Part shown: positions 17,253 to 26,997 of the stretch, piece by piece
How positions within the stretch are numbered: the stretch's first letter is position 1
Layout of the letters: the number at the start of each line of letters is the position of its first letter
DNA from: Smithellaceae bacterium
GTDB taxonomy: Bacteria; Desulfobacterota; Syntrophia; Syntrophales; Smithellaceae
DNA length: 64,000 bases
Assembly (NCBI GenBank): GCA_963667845.2
Contig: CAXXVL010000002.1
Coordinates: forward strand, 2,304,001 to 2,368,000
Reading direction: 5' to 3'
Program-made: the position numbers and the translations under genes
The notes under the pieces: model-generated
Database searches by the model: none
Told to the model about the DNA's origin: nothing
Seen by the model: only the letters and a program-made list of their open reading frames with translations

Positions 17253-18256
17253 TGAAACAGAAAAGCATTTCTTTAATCACAATCCTCGCGTTATTTCTGG
17301 TGGGAGCCTTCATGCCCTCCCTCCTGAAGCAATATCATCTGAACATGCTGACGGAAATCATCATTTTTTCGCTCTATGCCGTGAGCTACAACCTGCTTCT
17401 TGGTTACGCCGGTCTTTTGTCTTTCGGCCATGCCGCATTCTTTGGCCTGGGTGCGTTCGTAACGGCTGTGGCGATCATCAACATTCCGGGAATATCGCTG
17501 TGGAACGTTGTTTTGATCGGCATCGCGGCAACGGTTATCGCCGGCTTTGTCCTGGGCGGTCTGCTCCTGCGGCATAAGGGATCTTATTTTGCCCTGCTCA
17601 CGATGGCTTTCAACGCCCTCTTTTATGCCGTCGCGACAAAGTGGCATTCCGTGACCGGCGGCGACGATGGACTCAGCATCACCCGGCCTGACCTGAATCT
17701 GGGATTTACGACCATTCCGCTCAACAGTCTGACCAACTTTTATTACCTGACGCTGGTGATCATGGGGCTGGCGATTCTCTTCTGCTGGTATTTTACGCAC
17801 ACGGCGATGGGCAAGACGGTGGTGCTGATGCGCGAAAATGAGGATCGGATGAAATTCCTGGGATACAATACGAATATCAGCCGTCTCATTCTCTTCACCT
17901 TTACCGGGGCGGTCGCCGGTCTTGCCGGCGTCTTCTATACGTTCCATTTCCAGTTTGTTTCCATTTCGGCCGTCAGTATCGACATGACGACGGCGGTTCT
18001 GCTCATGGCTTTTGTCGGAGGAACGAAAACATTCTGGGGACCGATTCTGGGTGCATTCGTTTACATCATTCTCCAGAATTATCTGAGCAATATTACGGAC
18101 CGCTGGCCGCTGGTGATGGGTGTCATCTTCGTGCTCATGGTTCTGTATGTTCCCGGCGGCCTGTCCGAGGTCCTGTTGAACATCAAACAGCGGTTTTTTG
18201 GAAAGAAAAATAATGACGGCAATAAAACTTCCACGCCGGAGGAGATGACAACATGA
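17252..18256 (+). CDS. livM: ABC transporter permease (LivM-like)
   Basis: NLLLGYAGLLSFGHAAFFG, YFALLT, TGG.DG, RENE.R motifs. Confidence 0.9.
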   Translation: MKQKSISLITILALFLVGAFMPSLLKQYHLNMLTEIIIFSLYAVSYNLLLGYAGLLSFGHAAFFGLGAFVTAVAIINIPGISLWNVVLIGIAATVIAGFVLGGLLLRHKGSYFALLTMAFNALFYAVATKWHSVTGGDDGLSITRPDLNLGFTTIPLNSLTNFYYLTLVIMGLAILFCWYFTHTAMGKTVVLMRENEDRMKFLGYNTNISRLILFTFTGAVAGLAGVFYTFHFQFVSISAVSIDMTTAVLLMAFVGGTKTFWGPILGAFVYIILQNYLSNITDRWPLVMGVIFVLMVLYVPGGLSEVLLNIKQRFFGKKNNDGNKTSTPEEMTT

Positions 18257-18996
18257 GCGATTATCTTCATATCCAGGATATTCACAAAGACTTTTCCGGT
18301 TTGAAGGTTCTGACCGGTGTCGAATTCAAGGTCAAAGAAAAGGAACGCCACGCCGTCATCGGTCCCAACGGTGCGGGAAAGACGACCCTATTCAATATTA
18401 TCAGCGGCAAATTCAAGCCGTCATCAGGGGCCATCCTTTTCAAGGGTGAGGATATATCCGGAAAGCCTCCTCACATTCTGAACCGCCATGGTCTGGCACG
18501 TTCATTCCAGATTACCAACGTCTTCCAGGAATTGAGCGTGTTCAACAACATTCTTGCCGGCGTGCGCTCCCGTGCCGGATTGCGTTATCATTTTTTTAAA
18601 GTACCCGATCATGACCGGAAAATCTGTGAAAAGGTTGAAGACATCCTCGCCCAGGTCGGACTGACGGATGTCCAGGATCAACCGGCCAGTTCGCTGTCGT
18701 ACGGCAAGCAGAGAGCTCTGGAAATCGGCATCACCCTTTCCACGGAGCCGGAGTTGATCCTGCTCGACGAACCCACGGCCGGCATGACGCGCGAGGAAAC
18801 GGATCAGGCCATCAAAATGATCGACAAGGTAACAGCCGGCCGCACGCTGATTGTCATCGAGCATGACATGGAAGTCGTTTTTTCGCTTGCTGATACGATT
18901 TCCGTTCTGCACTACGGGACCATTCTTGTTTCCGATACGCCGGAAAAAATTCGCAACGACCAGCGGGTCAAGGACGCCTACCTGGGGGAAGGATAA
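18253..18996 (+). CDS. livG: ABC transporter ATP-binding protein (LivG-like)
   Basis: GPNGAGKTT, LSYG..R.LEI, LLDEPTAG, EHDM, V..AYLG. Confidence 0.93.
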   Translation: MSDYLHIQDIHKDFSGLKVLTGVEFKVKEKERHAVIGPNGAGKTTLFNIISGKFKPSSGAILFKGEDISGKPPHILNRHGLARSFQITNVFQELSVFNNILAGVRSRAGLRYHFFKVPDHDRKICEKVEDILAQVGLTDVQDQPASSLSYGKQRALEIGITLSTEPELILLDEPTAGMTREETDQAIKMIDKVTAGRTLIVIEHDMEVVFSLADTISVLHYGTILVSDTPEKIRNDQRVKDAYLGEG

Positions 18997-18998
18997 AT

Positions 18999-19709
18999 AT
19001 GCTAGAAGTCAAAGATATTCACAGCTACTACGGCAAAAGCCATATTCTGCACGGTGTCTCCCTGAATTTGCAGGAGGGAGAAATGGTCTGTCTCCTGGGG
19101 AGAAACGGCGTCGGCAAATCCACCACATTAAAGAGCATCATGGGCGTCGTAAAACCGCAGCAGGGCAGCATTCGCTTCCATGATAAAGAATTGGTCGGCC
19201 TTGCACCTTATGAAATCGCCCGCCTGGGCGTAGGCTACGTCCCCGAGGACCGGCGGATTTTCCGCAGCCTCACCGTTCACGAGAACCTCCTCATGGGAAT
19301 CAAAGGCGGAAATAAAGGCAGCGCCGGGGAAGGGGGCTGGACCATCGAGCGGGTCTATGAACTTTTCCCCCGCCTCAAGGAAAGGTGCAACAACAAGGGC
19401 AGTCATCTGTCCGGCGGCGAGCAACAGATGCTCACGGTAGTGAGGACGCTGATGGGAAATCCGCGCGTTATTCTGGTGGATGAGCCGACGGAAGGTCTGG
19501 CCCCGCTGATCGTCAAAGACGTACTGGATATGCTGGCGACGGTCCGCAAATCCGGCGTGACCGTCCTGATGGTGGAGCAGAATTTCAAAGCGGCCATCAA
19601 GATTGCGGATCGTTTTTATATCATGAGCAAGGGGCAGATCGTTTTCTCCGGGAATCAGGCCGAGCTTCTGGCGGCGGAGGATGTCAGAAAGAATTATCTG
19701 GAAGTTTAA
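18999..19709 (+). CDS. livF: ABC transporter ATP-binding protein (LivF-like)
   Basis: GRNGVGKST, LSGGEQQML, DEPTEGLAP, VEQN. Confidence 0.93.
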   Translation: MLEVKDIHSYYGKSHILHGVSLNLQEGEMVCLLGRNGVGKSTTLKSIMGVVKPQQGSIRFHDKELVGLAPYEIARLGVGYVPEDRRIFRSLTVHENLLMGIKGGNKGSAGEGGWTIERVYELFPRLKERCNNKGSHLSGGEQQMLTVVRTLMGNPRVILVDEPTEGLAPLIVKDVLDMLATVRKSGVTVLMVEQNFKAAIKIADRFYIMSKGQIVFSGNQAELLAAEDVRKNYLEV

Positions 19710-19837
19710 CGAGGTCGCAATCCACCGGGCTTTGCATCGATGAATTGCTGCGTTGCGCTTCATACCGGGTCATTGCTTTTTATTTGTGTATTAAGCGTGA
19801 AAAAGAAATGAACAACAGAAAAAATGGGAGGTGTTTT

Positions 19838-21052
19838 ATGAGAAAAAAGCTTGTTTACAGTTTGTGTTTTCTTACCATGGTCTTCATGCTGGCAATGCCT
19901 GGCTTCGCAGCGGCAGCCGATGACACCATCAAGCTCGGCGCCACGGAGCCCCTTTCGGGAACGTTCAAGGACATCGGCGAGCGCTATCTGGATGGTGTGG
20001 AGTACGCTGTTAAAGTCATCAATGAGACCGGCGGACTTTTGGGGAAAAAAGTGGAGGTTGTCCGGATTGATTCGGAGTTGAAGCCGGATGTCGCGACCCG
20101 CAAGGCGCAAAGCCTGATTTTGAAAGACGGCGTGAAGTTTTTCTGCGGCGGCACAGGAAGTTCGGTCGGTGCGGCCATGGAGCAGCTTGCGGAAAAACAG
20201 AATGTCATCATGTTCACCTACGGAATGGATGCCGCCAGCATGACCGGCGTGAAATGCAGCAAGAATTTCTTCCGGCCCGGCGGCAGTACGGACGGCCGTT
20301 CTTTTGCTCTGGCGCAGCTTATTGCGAAAATGAAATATAAGAAGGTCGCCATCATTGCCCAGGATTATTCTTTCGGTCAGGAAGCGCTGTCAGCTTTCAA
20401 AAAAGAGTTGGCCAAGCTCAGCCCCAATACGAAAATCGTAGCCGAACTCTATCACCCGGCAGGCACCAAGGATTACGGCCCTTATGTCAGCCAGCTCATC
20501 GCGGCAAAACCGGATGTTATCTTCACACCTAACTGGGGAAATGACCTGACGCTGCTTCTCAAGCAGGGACGTCCTATGGGTATGAACCAGAAAATATTTT
20601 CTTATTATATCAATGACGAAGTCACCATCGACGCACTGGGCAATGACAGCCTGATGATCGGCAATATGGGCGCGGAAATTTACACGTTATCCATTCCCAC
20701 CAAAAAGAATGAAGCCTTTGTCGCTAAATTTTACAAAGACAAGGGATATTATCCGACTTGGCTGCGCGGTAAAGCTTACATTGCCACCATGTTCTGGGCC
20801 GAGGCCGTTAAAAAAGCCGGAACAACCGATGTAGCGGCTGTCATCAAAGCGTGGGAAGGCCTGTCCTATGACGGACCCGCCGGCGTCTGGACGATGAGAG
20901 CCTGCGATCATCAGGCACAGGTACCGTATTGGTTCACTGAAATTGTTGCCAAGAACAAATACTTCAAACATGCTTTTGAGGCGCCTAAGGGCATGGCCTC
21001 TGCCAAGTCTGTGGAAGTTCCCTGCGCGGATACGGGCTGCAAGATGAAGTAG
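19838..21052 (+). CDS. LivK-like ABC substrate-binding protein
   Basis: Signal peptide, PLSG, IN..GG.LG, DY.FG, MRACDHQ; ATG at 19838 behind GGAGG. Confidence 0.9.
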   Translation: MRKKLVYSLCFLTMVFMLAMPGFAAAADDTIKLGATEPLSGTFKDIGERYLDGVEYAVKVINETGGLLGKKVEVVRIDSELKPDVATRKAQSLILKDGVKFFCGGTGSSVGAAMEQLAEKQNVIMFTYGMDAASMTGVKCSKNFFRPGGSTDGRSFALAQLIAKMKYKKVAIIAQDYSFGQEALSAFKKELAKLSPNTKIVAELYHPAGTKDYGPYVSQLIAAKPDVIFTPNWGNDLTLLLKQGRPMGMNQKIFSYYINDEVTIDALGNDSLMIGNMGAEIYTLSIPTKKNEAFVAKFYKDKGYYPTWLRGKAYIATMFWAEAVKKAGTTDVAAVIKAWEGLSYDGPAGVWTMRACDHQAQVPYWFTEIVAKNKYFKHAFEAPKGMASAKSVEVPCADTGCKMK

Positions 21053-21113
21053 ACGAAGGAATATCTGTTTTCGACATTCGCTTTTAAGTTTCAGAGCATC
21101 CATTCCCTCCTCA

Positions 21114-21157
21114 GGGGATGACCCCGGAAGCCGCTTATGGCGAAAGGGGTCATCCCC
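21114..21157. repeat. intercistronic stem-loop
   Basis: Perfect 12-bp inverted repeat GGGGATGACCCC/GGGGTCATCCCC after the binding-protein gene. Confidence 0.6.
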
Positions 21158-21216
21158 CCCAGACGGAACATGAATTTGATTTTAAGTTTTGAGTTTATGA
21201 AGAGCGAGGACGTCAT

Positions 21217-22266
21217 ATGGCAGAAGTAAACGGTAAGGTCATGAGCGCCCGAGAGGCAGTGGAAAGATTTGTGCACGACGGCGACGAACTGGTGATCGGC
21301 AACTATACCGTGGGAAGCTGCGCTGAACTTGTTTACGAAATTACCAGGCAGGGCAAAAAAGGCTTTACCCTGTATTCGCAATCCGGCATTTTTGATGTTG
21401 AGGTTCTCGTTGCCGGCGGATGCGTTGATCGCCTGGTTACAACCTATGTGATGCGTTCCGGCGGCAAGAAGGGCGGCTCCGCCGTCGAGAGGGCCCTGAA
21501 TGCGGGAACGCTGCAGATCGAGGATTACACCAATTTTGAATATAACGCGCGGCTGGTTGCCGGCATGCACGGGTTTTCCTTTATGCCGGTTCTGGAAGGG
21601 GTCATGGTGACCGATATCTTCCGCAGACGCGGGTTCATGGGCGAAAATAAATTCCAGGTCATCAAATGCCCGTATACGGGAAAGGATAAATTGACCGTGC
21701 CGGCAGCTTCGCCCGACGTGTGCCTCATTCACGTTCAACGCGCCGATTCCGAAGGCAACGCCCAATACTGGGGCGCCATGGGGAGTGTGGCGGCGGCGGC
21801 GCTGGCCAGCAAAAAGATAATTGTCTCGTGCGAAGAGATCGTTGATCACGACATCATTCAATCGAGTCCCCATCTGACGATTATTCCGGCCTATCGCGTC
21901 AGCGCAGTCGTGGAAGTCCCCTGGGGCGCTCATCCCACGGAAGTGCTCGGATACTATAACGTGGATACCTTCATGTACAACAGCCTGTTTACCGCGGCCG
22001 CGGCGACCGCCTCCGGCCTTAAGGCCTGGATGGATGAGTGGGTTTACGGCTGCCCGGACCGCGCGCACTACATCGATCATTATATCGCGAAGTTCGGCTC
22101 TGAGACGCTCGATGAGCTCAGGGCCAAACCCTTTTACTCCGCCCCTGCCGATTACGGCGCGGCCTTTACCTCGCACTGGGACCGCGAAGGCCGGGAAAGA
22201 AGCATGGGGGTTACCCTTCCGGAGCTGGAGCAACTATTGAAAGACAGAGGGAAAGTTTATGGGTAA
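21217..22266 (+). CDS. family I CoA-transferase subunit A (glutaconate CoA-transferase-like)
   Basis: EAV..FV.DGD, CPYTG, PDV.LIHVQRAD..GN, P.GAHPT motifs. Confidence 0.88.
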   Translation: MAEVNGKVMSAREAVERFVHDGDELVIGNYTVGSCAELVYEITRQGKKGFTLYSQSGIFDVEVLVAGGCVDRLVTTYVMRSGGKKGGSAVERALNAGTLQIEDYTNFEYNARLVAGMHGFSFMPVLEGVMVTDIFRRRGFMGENKFQVIKCPYTGKDKLTVPAASPDVCLIHVQRADSEGNAQYWGAMGSVAAAALASKKIIVSCEEIVDHDIIQSSPHLTIIPAYRVSAVVEVPWGAHPTEVLGYYNVDTFMYNSLFTAAAATASGLKAWMDEWVYGCPDRAHYIDHYIAKFGSETLDELRAKPFYSAPADYGAAFTSHWDREGRERSMGVTLPELEQLLKDRGKVYG

Positions 22267-23089
22267 ACCTTATACGCTCGATGAACTGCTGGCCATTGCG
22301 GTGGCCCGGGAAATTCATGATTATGAGAATGTGGTTCTGGGCGTCGGTGTCCCCATGACGGCGGGAGCCCTTGCCAAGTCGCTTTTGGCGCCTCACGCAA
22401 CGCTCATGATGGAATCGGGCATCGTGGATATCCGCCCTCTCTTGTCGCTGAACAACATTGCCGACGCGCATTCCGCCCGCGGATTTTCCTATGCCACGGA
22501 CCTTTTCTCGGCCTTCACCGCAACGTACCGCGGTTTTGTCGACGTCTGTTTTCTGGGCGTGGCGCAGGTCGATAAATACGGCAATCTCAATACGACTGTT
22601 ATCGGTGATTACAATAAGCCTACCATGCGGCTGCCGGGGTCCGGCGGGGCGGCGGATTTCATTTCCTACGCCAAACGGACCGTCCTCACCATGCGGGGAG
22701 GCACCTTTGTCAACAAACTGGATTATTTTACTTCCCCCGGTTACCTTGAGGGAGGGGACAGCCGGGACAAAACGGGTTTGTTTCCCATCGGCTCCGGACC
22801 GTCTGCGCTCATCAGCACAAAGGGCATTTTCCGTTTTGATGCGGGAACGAAAGAAATGTATCTGTCGACGATTCATCCGGGAGTGAGCCTCGAATCCATC
22901 AAAAAAGACATCCCCTGGGATCTGCAGGTATCTCCTGATCTGGCTAAGACCGAACGTCCGACGGACGCGGAGATTGATTTCATCCGCAATTTCGCCCCGG
23001 AACTTTCCGCCGGCCGCGAATTGACCGTGGAATTGCGCAACGCCGCCATTAAGAAAAAAGCGGAACTGCGTGAAGGGAAGAAGGCATAA
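22259..23089 (+). CDS. family I CoA-transferase subunit B
   Basis: MMESG (catalytic Glu region), FLG.AQVDKYGNLN, RLPGSGGA.D, FV..LDY.TSPG. Confidence 0.88.
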   Translation: MGKPYTLDELLAIAVAREIHDYENVVLGVGVPMTAGALAKSLLAPHATLMMESGIVDIRPLLSLNNIADAHSARGFSYATDLFSAFTATYRGFVDVCFLGVAQVDKYGNLNTTVIGDYNKPTMRLPGSGGAADFISYAKRTVLTMRGGTFVNKLDYFTSPGYLEGGDSRDKTGLFPIGSGPSALISTKGIFRFDAGTKEMYLSTIHPGVSLESIKKDIPWDLQVSPDLAKTERPTDAEIDFIRNFAPELSAGRELTVELRNAAIKKKAELREGKKA

Positions 23090-23108
23090 CCCCAATGCGG
23101 AGGATCCT

Positions 23109-23870
23109 ATGAAACTGAAAAATAAGGTGGCGATCGTTACGGGCGCCAGCAAGGGCATCGGTAAAGGCATTGCCACAAGGTTTGCCAAAGAAGGGGCCTC
23201 GGTCGTTCTGGCGAGCCGAACGCTCTCGGTTCTGGAAGAGGGCGTCCGGGAGATCAAGGCGGCAGGCGGTGAGGCCGCGGCCATTTCTGTTGATGTGAGA
23301 AAAGTTGAAAGCATCAATGATCTGGTCAAAAAAACCATTGACCGTTACGGCCGCCTGGACCTGCTGGTCAATAATGCCGGTATCACGATGGGCGGTCCGT
23401 CCGAAGATCTATCGCCTGACGACTGGCGCGCCGCGCTGGAAACTGACTTGTTCAGCGTGTTTTATGCGTCGCAGGCGGCGGCGCGCGTCATGATTCCGCA
23501 GGGCGGCGGCAACATCATTAATATTTCATCGGTCAACGGAATTCTTGCCGCACCCAGGCGCGCCGCATATTGCGCCAGCAAAGCGGCGGTTAATGAGTTG
23601 ACCAAGGTATTGGCTATCGAATGGGCGGACCGCAAAATCCGCGTGAATGCCATCGCCCCCGGATATGTGCGGACGGAACTGGTCGAGGACGTCATCAATA
23701 AAGGAGCTATTTCGCTGGACGCCATTCTGAGGCGCACGCCCCAGGGCAGGATCGGCGAAGTTGAGGATATTGCCTCGCTGGCGGTCTACCTGGCGAGCGA
23801 AGAATCAGCCTATATGACCGGGAGCATCGTCAACATTGACGGCGGCTGGCTGGCATATGGGTATTTATAA
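23109..23870 (+). CDS. SDR family oxidoreductase
   Basis: TGASKGIG, NNAG, YCASK, IRVNAIAPG, DGG. Confidence 0.93.
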   Translation: MKLKNKVAIVTGASKGIGKGIATRFAKEGASVVLASRTLSVLEEGVREIKAAGGEAAAISVDVRKVESINDLVKKTIDRYGRLDLLVNNAGITMGGPSEDLSPDDWRAALETDLFSVFYASQAAARVMIPQGGGNIINISSVNGILAAPRRAAYCASKAAVNELTKVLAIEWADRKIRVNAIAPGYVRTELVEDVINKGAISLDAILRRTPQGRIGEVEDIASLAVYLASEESAYMTGSIVNIDGGWLAYGYL

Positions 23871-23909
23871 ACAGCATTACGTAACAGGAAATAAAAGAGG
23901 TATTTCATT

Positions 23910-24767
23910 ATGACAGAAAAAATAGCCGTCATCGGTTCGGGAACGATGGGGTCGGGCATTGCCCAGGTTGCCGTGGAAGCGGGTTTTCAGGTAAATCTCG
24001 TGGATACCGAACAGGGATTTGTGGATCGCGGTGTGGCCAATATTCGCAAATTTATCGGCAAGAAAGTTGAAAAAGGGAAACTGAATCAAGCCCAGGGCGA
24101 TGAGATATTGTCGCGGCTTTCGGGCACAACCGATATGGCCGGAGCCGTCAAAGGCGTGATCATGGTCGTAGAGGCCGTCTTTGAAAAGTTTGAGCTGAAA
24201 AAGGAAATCTTTCAAAAGCTTGATGCCCTTTGTCCGCCGAATGTTATTCTGGCCAGCAATACGTCCACACTGAGCATTTCATCCATTGCCGCCGTGACGA
24301 AGCATCCGGACCGTGTTATCGGCACGCATTACTTCAGCCCCGTTCCGGCCATGCGTCTGGTGGAAGTCATCCGTGGGGAAAAGACCAGCGATGCCACGGC
24401 GGAGAAGACCGTTGAGATCTGCAAAAAATTTGGTAAAACGCCTATCGTCGTCAAAGATATTCCGGGCTTTATCGTTAACCGGTTTTTGTGCCTGATTTAC
24501 AACGAAGCGGCCGATATGATTGCCCGCGGCGATTCGACGGCGCAGGATATCGACCAGGCGATGAAACTGGGCTGCAACTGGCCGATGGGCATTACCGAAA
24601 TCATCGATCTGGCGGGCGTGGATGTCTGCGCCAACGCGATCGATGCGATGTATTCTATGACCGGAGAAGACCGTTATAAGCCATCCCCGCTTTTCGATAA
24701 AATGCTGGCCCAAAAGAAACTCGGCCGGAAAACAGGCGAAGGTTTTTACAAGTACGAAAATAAGTAA
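23910..24767 (+). CDS. hbd: 3-hydroxyacyl (3-hydroxybutyryl)-CoA dehydrogenase
   Basis: GSGTMGSGIAQ, EAVFE, ASNTS, H.FSP.P.M.LVE, PGFIVNR, LGRKTG.GFY. Confidence 0.92.
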   Translation: MTEKIAVIGSGTMGSGIAQVAVEAGFQVNLVDTEQGFVDRGVANIRKFIGKKVEKGKLNQAQGDEILSRLSGTTDMAGAVKGVIMVVEAVFEKFELKKEIFQKLDALCPPNVILASNTSTLSISSIAAVTKHPDRVIGTHYFSPVPAMRLVEVIRGEKTSDATAEKTVEICKKFGKTPIVVKDIPGFIVNRFLCLIYNEAADMIARGDSTAQDIDQAMKLGCNWPMGITEIIDLAGVDVCANAIDAMYSMTGEDRYKPSPLFDKMLAQKKLGRKTGEGFYKYENK

Positions 24768-24779
24768 AAGGGAAAGAGA

Positions 24780-26012
24780 GTGCAAACCATGAAAGATAGA
24801 GAAGTAGTTTTTGTTGAAGGCGTGAGAACTGCCTTTGGTCGATTGGGCGGCAGCCTGAAAGACTTTACCGCGGAAGAACTGGGCAGCATCGCCCTGAAAG
24901 GGCTGATTGATAAATCGAAAATTTGCGAACGGGGCGTTGTGGACTCCGTTTTCGCCGGAACGGCTTTTCACGTGGCCCGGGCCCTCGATCCGGCCCGCTG
25001 GATCGTGCTGGATGCCGGCCTGCCCGTGACCACGACGGCCTCTTACGTGGAAATGCAGTGCGGGTCCGCCATTGACAGCATCAATCATGCGGCCTGGAAA
25101 ATCCTTTGCGGCCAGGCGGATACCGTTATCGCCGGCGGCATGGAATCCTTCAGCCAGCTTCCGTTTAAATTTTCTTCGAGTACCCCGCCGTATCGCATTA
25201 CGCCGCCCAAGCAGCTCGCGTATGAGTTGCAGCCGAAACCGAAAGAGGGCCGTTCGTATCCGCCTTTTGAGATGGGCCTCACGGCGGAAAACCTGCAGGC
25301 ACTGTACAATATCTCCAGGCAGGAACAGGACGAGTTCGCGTTCCGCAGCCAGACCCTGGCCAAAAAAGCAATGGACGCCGGCTATTTTGAAGATGAAATC
25401 GTGACAGTCTTCGTATCCCAGGGGAAAAAGAAGCCGCCTCTGGAGTTTAGAATTGATGAACATCCCCGGCTGGAATCGCTGGACGTTTTGGCCAAGCTGC
25501 CGCCCGCTTTCAAGAAAGACGGCGGGACAGTTACCGCGGGCAATGCGTCGGGTCTGAATGACGGCGGCGCTTTCGTCTTGATGATGACCGCCGAAAAAGC
25601 CAAAGCCTGGGGCTATAAGCCGTTTGCCAGATGGATCTGCGGTTCGGAATACGGCGTGGATCCGTCCATCATGGGTATCGCTCCGGCCCATGCCATTCCC
25701 ATTGCCCTCAAGCGGGCGGGGCTCAAACTTGCCGATATCGATGTGATTGAATGCAATGAAGCCTTTGCCGTGCAGAACTTGGCCGTGATCAAAGAACTGG
25801 AAAAGCAGACCGGTGAAAAGATTGATATGGCTAAGTGGAACCCGCTGGGCGGCGCCATCGCCTTCGGCCATGCCAACGGCGCCTCCGGCGCGCGCTGCGC
25901 CATCTTTGCGATGAAGCAGCTTGAGCGCACGGGCGGCAAATACGGTCTCTTTTCATCCTGCTGCGGCGGCGGTCAGGGTGTTGTGTCCATCATTGAAAAC
26001 CTGAGGAAATAA
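24780..26012 (+). CDS. thiolase (acetyl-CoA C-acyltransferase)
   Basis: MQCGS, TAGNASGLNDG, NEAFA, GGAIAFGH, C.GGGQG. Confidence 0.93.
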   Translation: MQTMKDREVVFVEGVRTAFGRLGGSLKDFTAEELGSIALKGLIDKSKICERGVVDSVFAGTAFHVARALDPARWIVLDAGLPVTTTASYVEMQCGSAIDSINHAAWKILCGQADTVIAGGMESFSQLPFKFSSSTPPYRITPPKQLAYELQPKPKEGRSYPPFEMGLTAENLQALYNISRQEQDEFAFRSQTLAKKAMDAGYFEDEIVTVFVSQGKKKPPLEFRIDEHPRLESLDVLAKLPPAFKKDGGTVTAGNASGLNDGGAFVLMMTAEKAKAWGYKPFARWICGSEYGVDPSIMGIAPAHAIPIALKRAGLKLADIDVIECNEAFAVQNLAVIKELEKQTGEKIDMAKWNPLGGAIAFGHANGASGARCAIFAMKQLERTGGKYGLFSSCCGGGQGVVSIIENLRK

Positions 26013-26040
26013 CGGATGGGCAATCCGTATCTTTGCACAG

Positions 26041-26299
26041 GGAGTGTTAATTCCGCTGCCCTGTCGAGTCTTCGCTCGTTGAAGGCAGTCTAATTCCTTC
26101 TTGCCCCTTCTCATTGCCCTGGCTTCCCTTCGGCGTGACCTCCCCCGGGTCTCCCGGGGGGGGCCAGGGCCCTTTCCAAAGCCGTTGTGAAAAGGCATTG
26201 TTTCTTTTGGTGCTGATCCTCGTATCAGCGTCTTCTGCCGTCTGCTCGTGACCATCGGAATCCGGTACTAGTATCTTCGAGTGGGAAAAGCGGCACTCC
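26041..26299. other. candidate structured non-coding element (multi-stem, about 260 nt)
   Basis: Ends pair (GGAGTG/CACTCC, CCGCT/AGCGG); several internal hairpins; no credible ORF. Confidence 0.35.
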
Positions 26300-26364
26300 G
26301 TCTTTGGGTCCGCAGTTTCGCGGGCTTATCAATTCGCTTGATTTCCGTGATAAATCATTATTAA

Positions 26365-26901
26365 ATGGCCTTCATGATGGATATCTTACAAAATAACTAC
26401 ATCCGGATCGTCTTCAGCTCCGTTGCCGTTTACATTTTTATCATCCTCGCCATCCGGCTCTTCGGGAAGAAAGAACTGGCGCAGCTTTCCGTTTACGACC
26501 TGGTATTTATTCTGCTGATCAGCAATGCGGTGCAAAATGCTATGGTCGGCCCCGACTCGACGCTCTCCGGGGGGCTCGTCGCCGCGGCCTCTTTGTTTGT
26601 CGTCAATTTCATTCTCAAACAATTGCAAATCCGCTTTCCGAAGTTCGGGAAGGCCATCCAGGGCGAAGCCATTATGCTGGTGTTCCAGGGGAAAATATTA
26701 TCTTCACATATGAAGAACGCCGGGATCACGGAGGATGAACTGATGGAAGTGATCCGGGAGCATGGCGTTGCCGCCGTCTCAGAAGTCGATCTGGCGGTAC
26801 TGGAAGTTGATGGCAATATCAGCGTCCTCTCGACCGAGCTTCGTAAAAAAACAACCCGCCGCCGGAAAGCGCATAAAGTCATCTCCAAGCAGCAATCATA
26901 A
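26365..26901 (+). CDS. DUF421 (YetF-like) membrane protein
   Basis: R.FGKKELAQLS..DLV.ILLISNAVQNAM, A.LE.DG.IS. Confidence 0.9.
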   Translation: MAFMMDILQNNYIRIVFSSVAVYIFIILAIRLFGKKELAQLSVYDLVFILLISNAVQNAMVGPDSTLSGGLVAAASLFVVNFILKQLQIRFPKFGKAIQGEAIMLVFQGKILSSHMKNAGITEDELMEVIREHGVAAVSEVDLAVLEVDGNISVLSTELRKKTTRRRKAHKVISKQQS

Positions 26902-26997
26902 AAGAACTTTGGCGTCGAGGAGAGCGGATCGTGACGGCCATCTTCTCACGCGCAAGTCCGGGCGCGTGATGAACTGTGTTGATGACGACAGCCGTCC

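Noticed and set aside
24279..25871. Long antisense ORFs (also 9997..11040, 27379..29106, 51628..53352, 53604..54935)
   Set aside because: Shadows of well-supported genes on the opposite strand, with no motifs of their own.
26041..26299. Lysine, glycine or cobalamin riboswitch
   Set aside because: Only scattered sub-motifs (GAAAGG, GCCGAA) on the minus strand, with no gene downstream on that strand and the core consensus missing.
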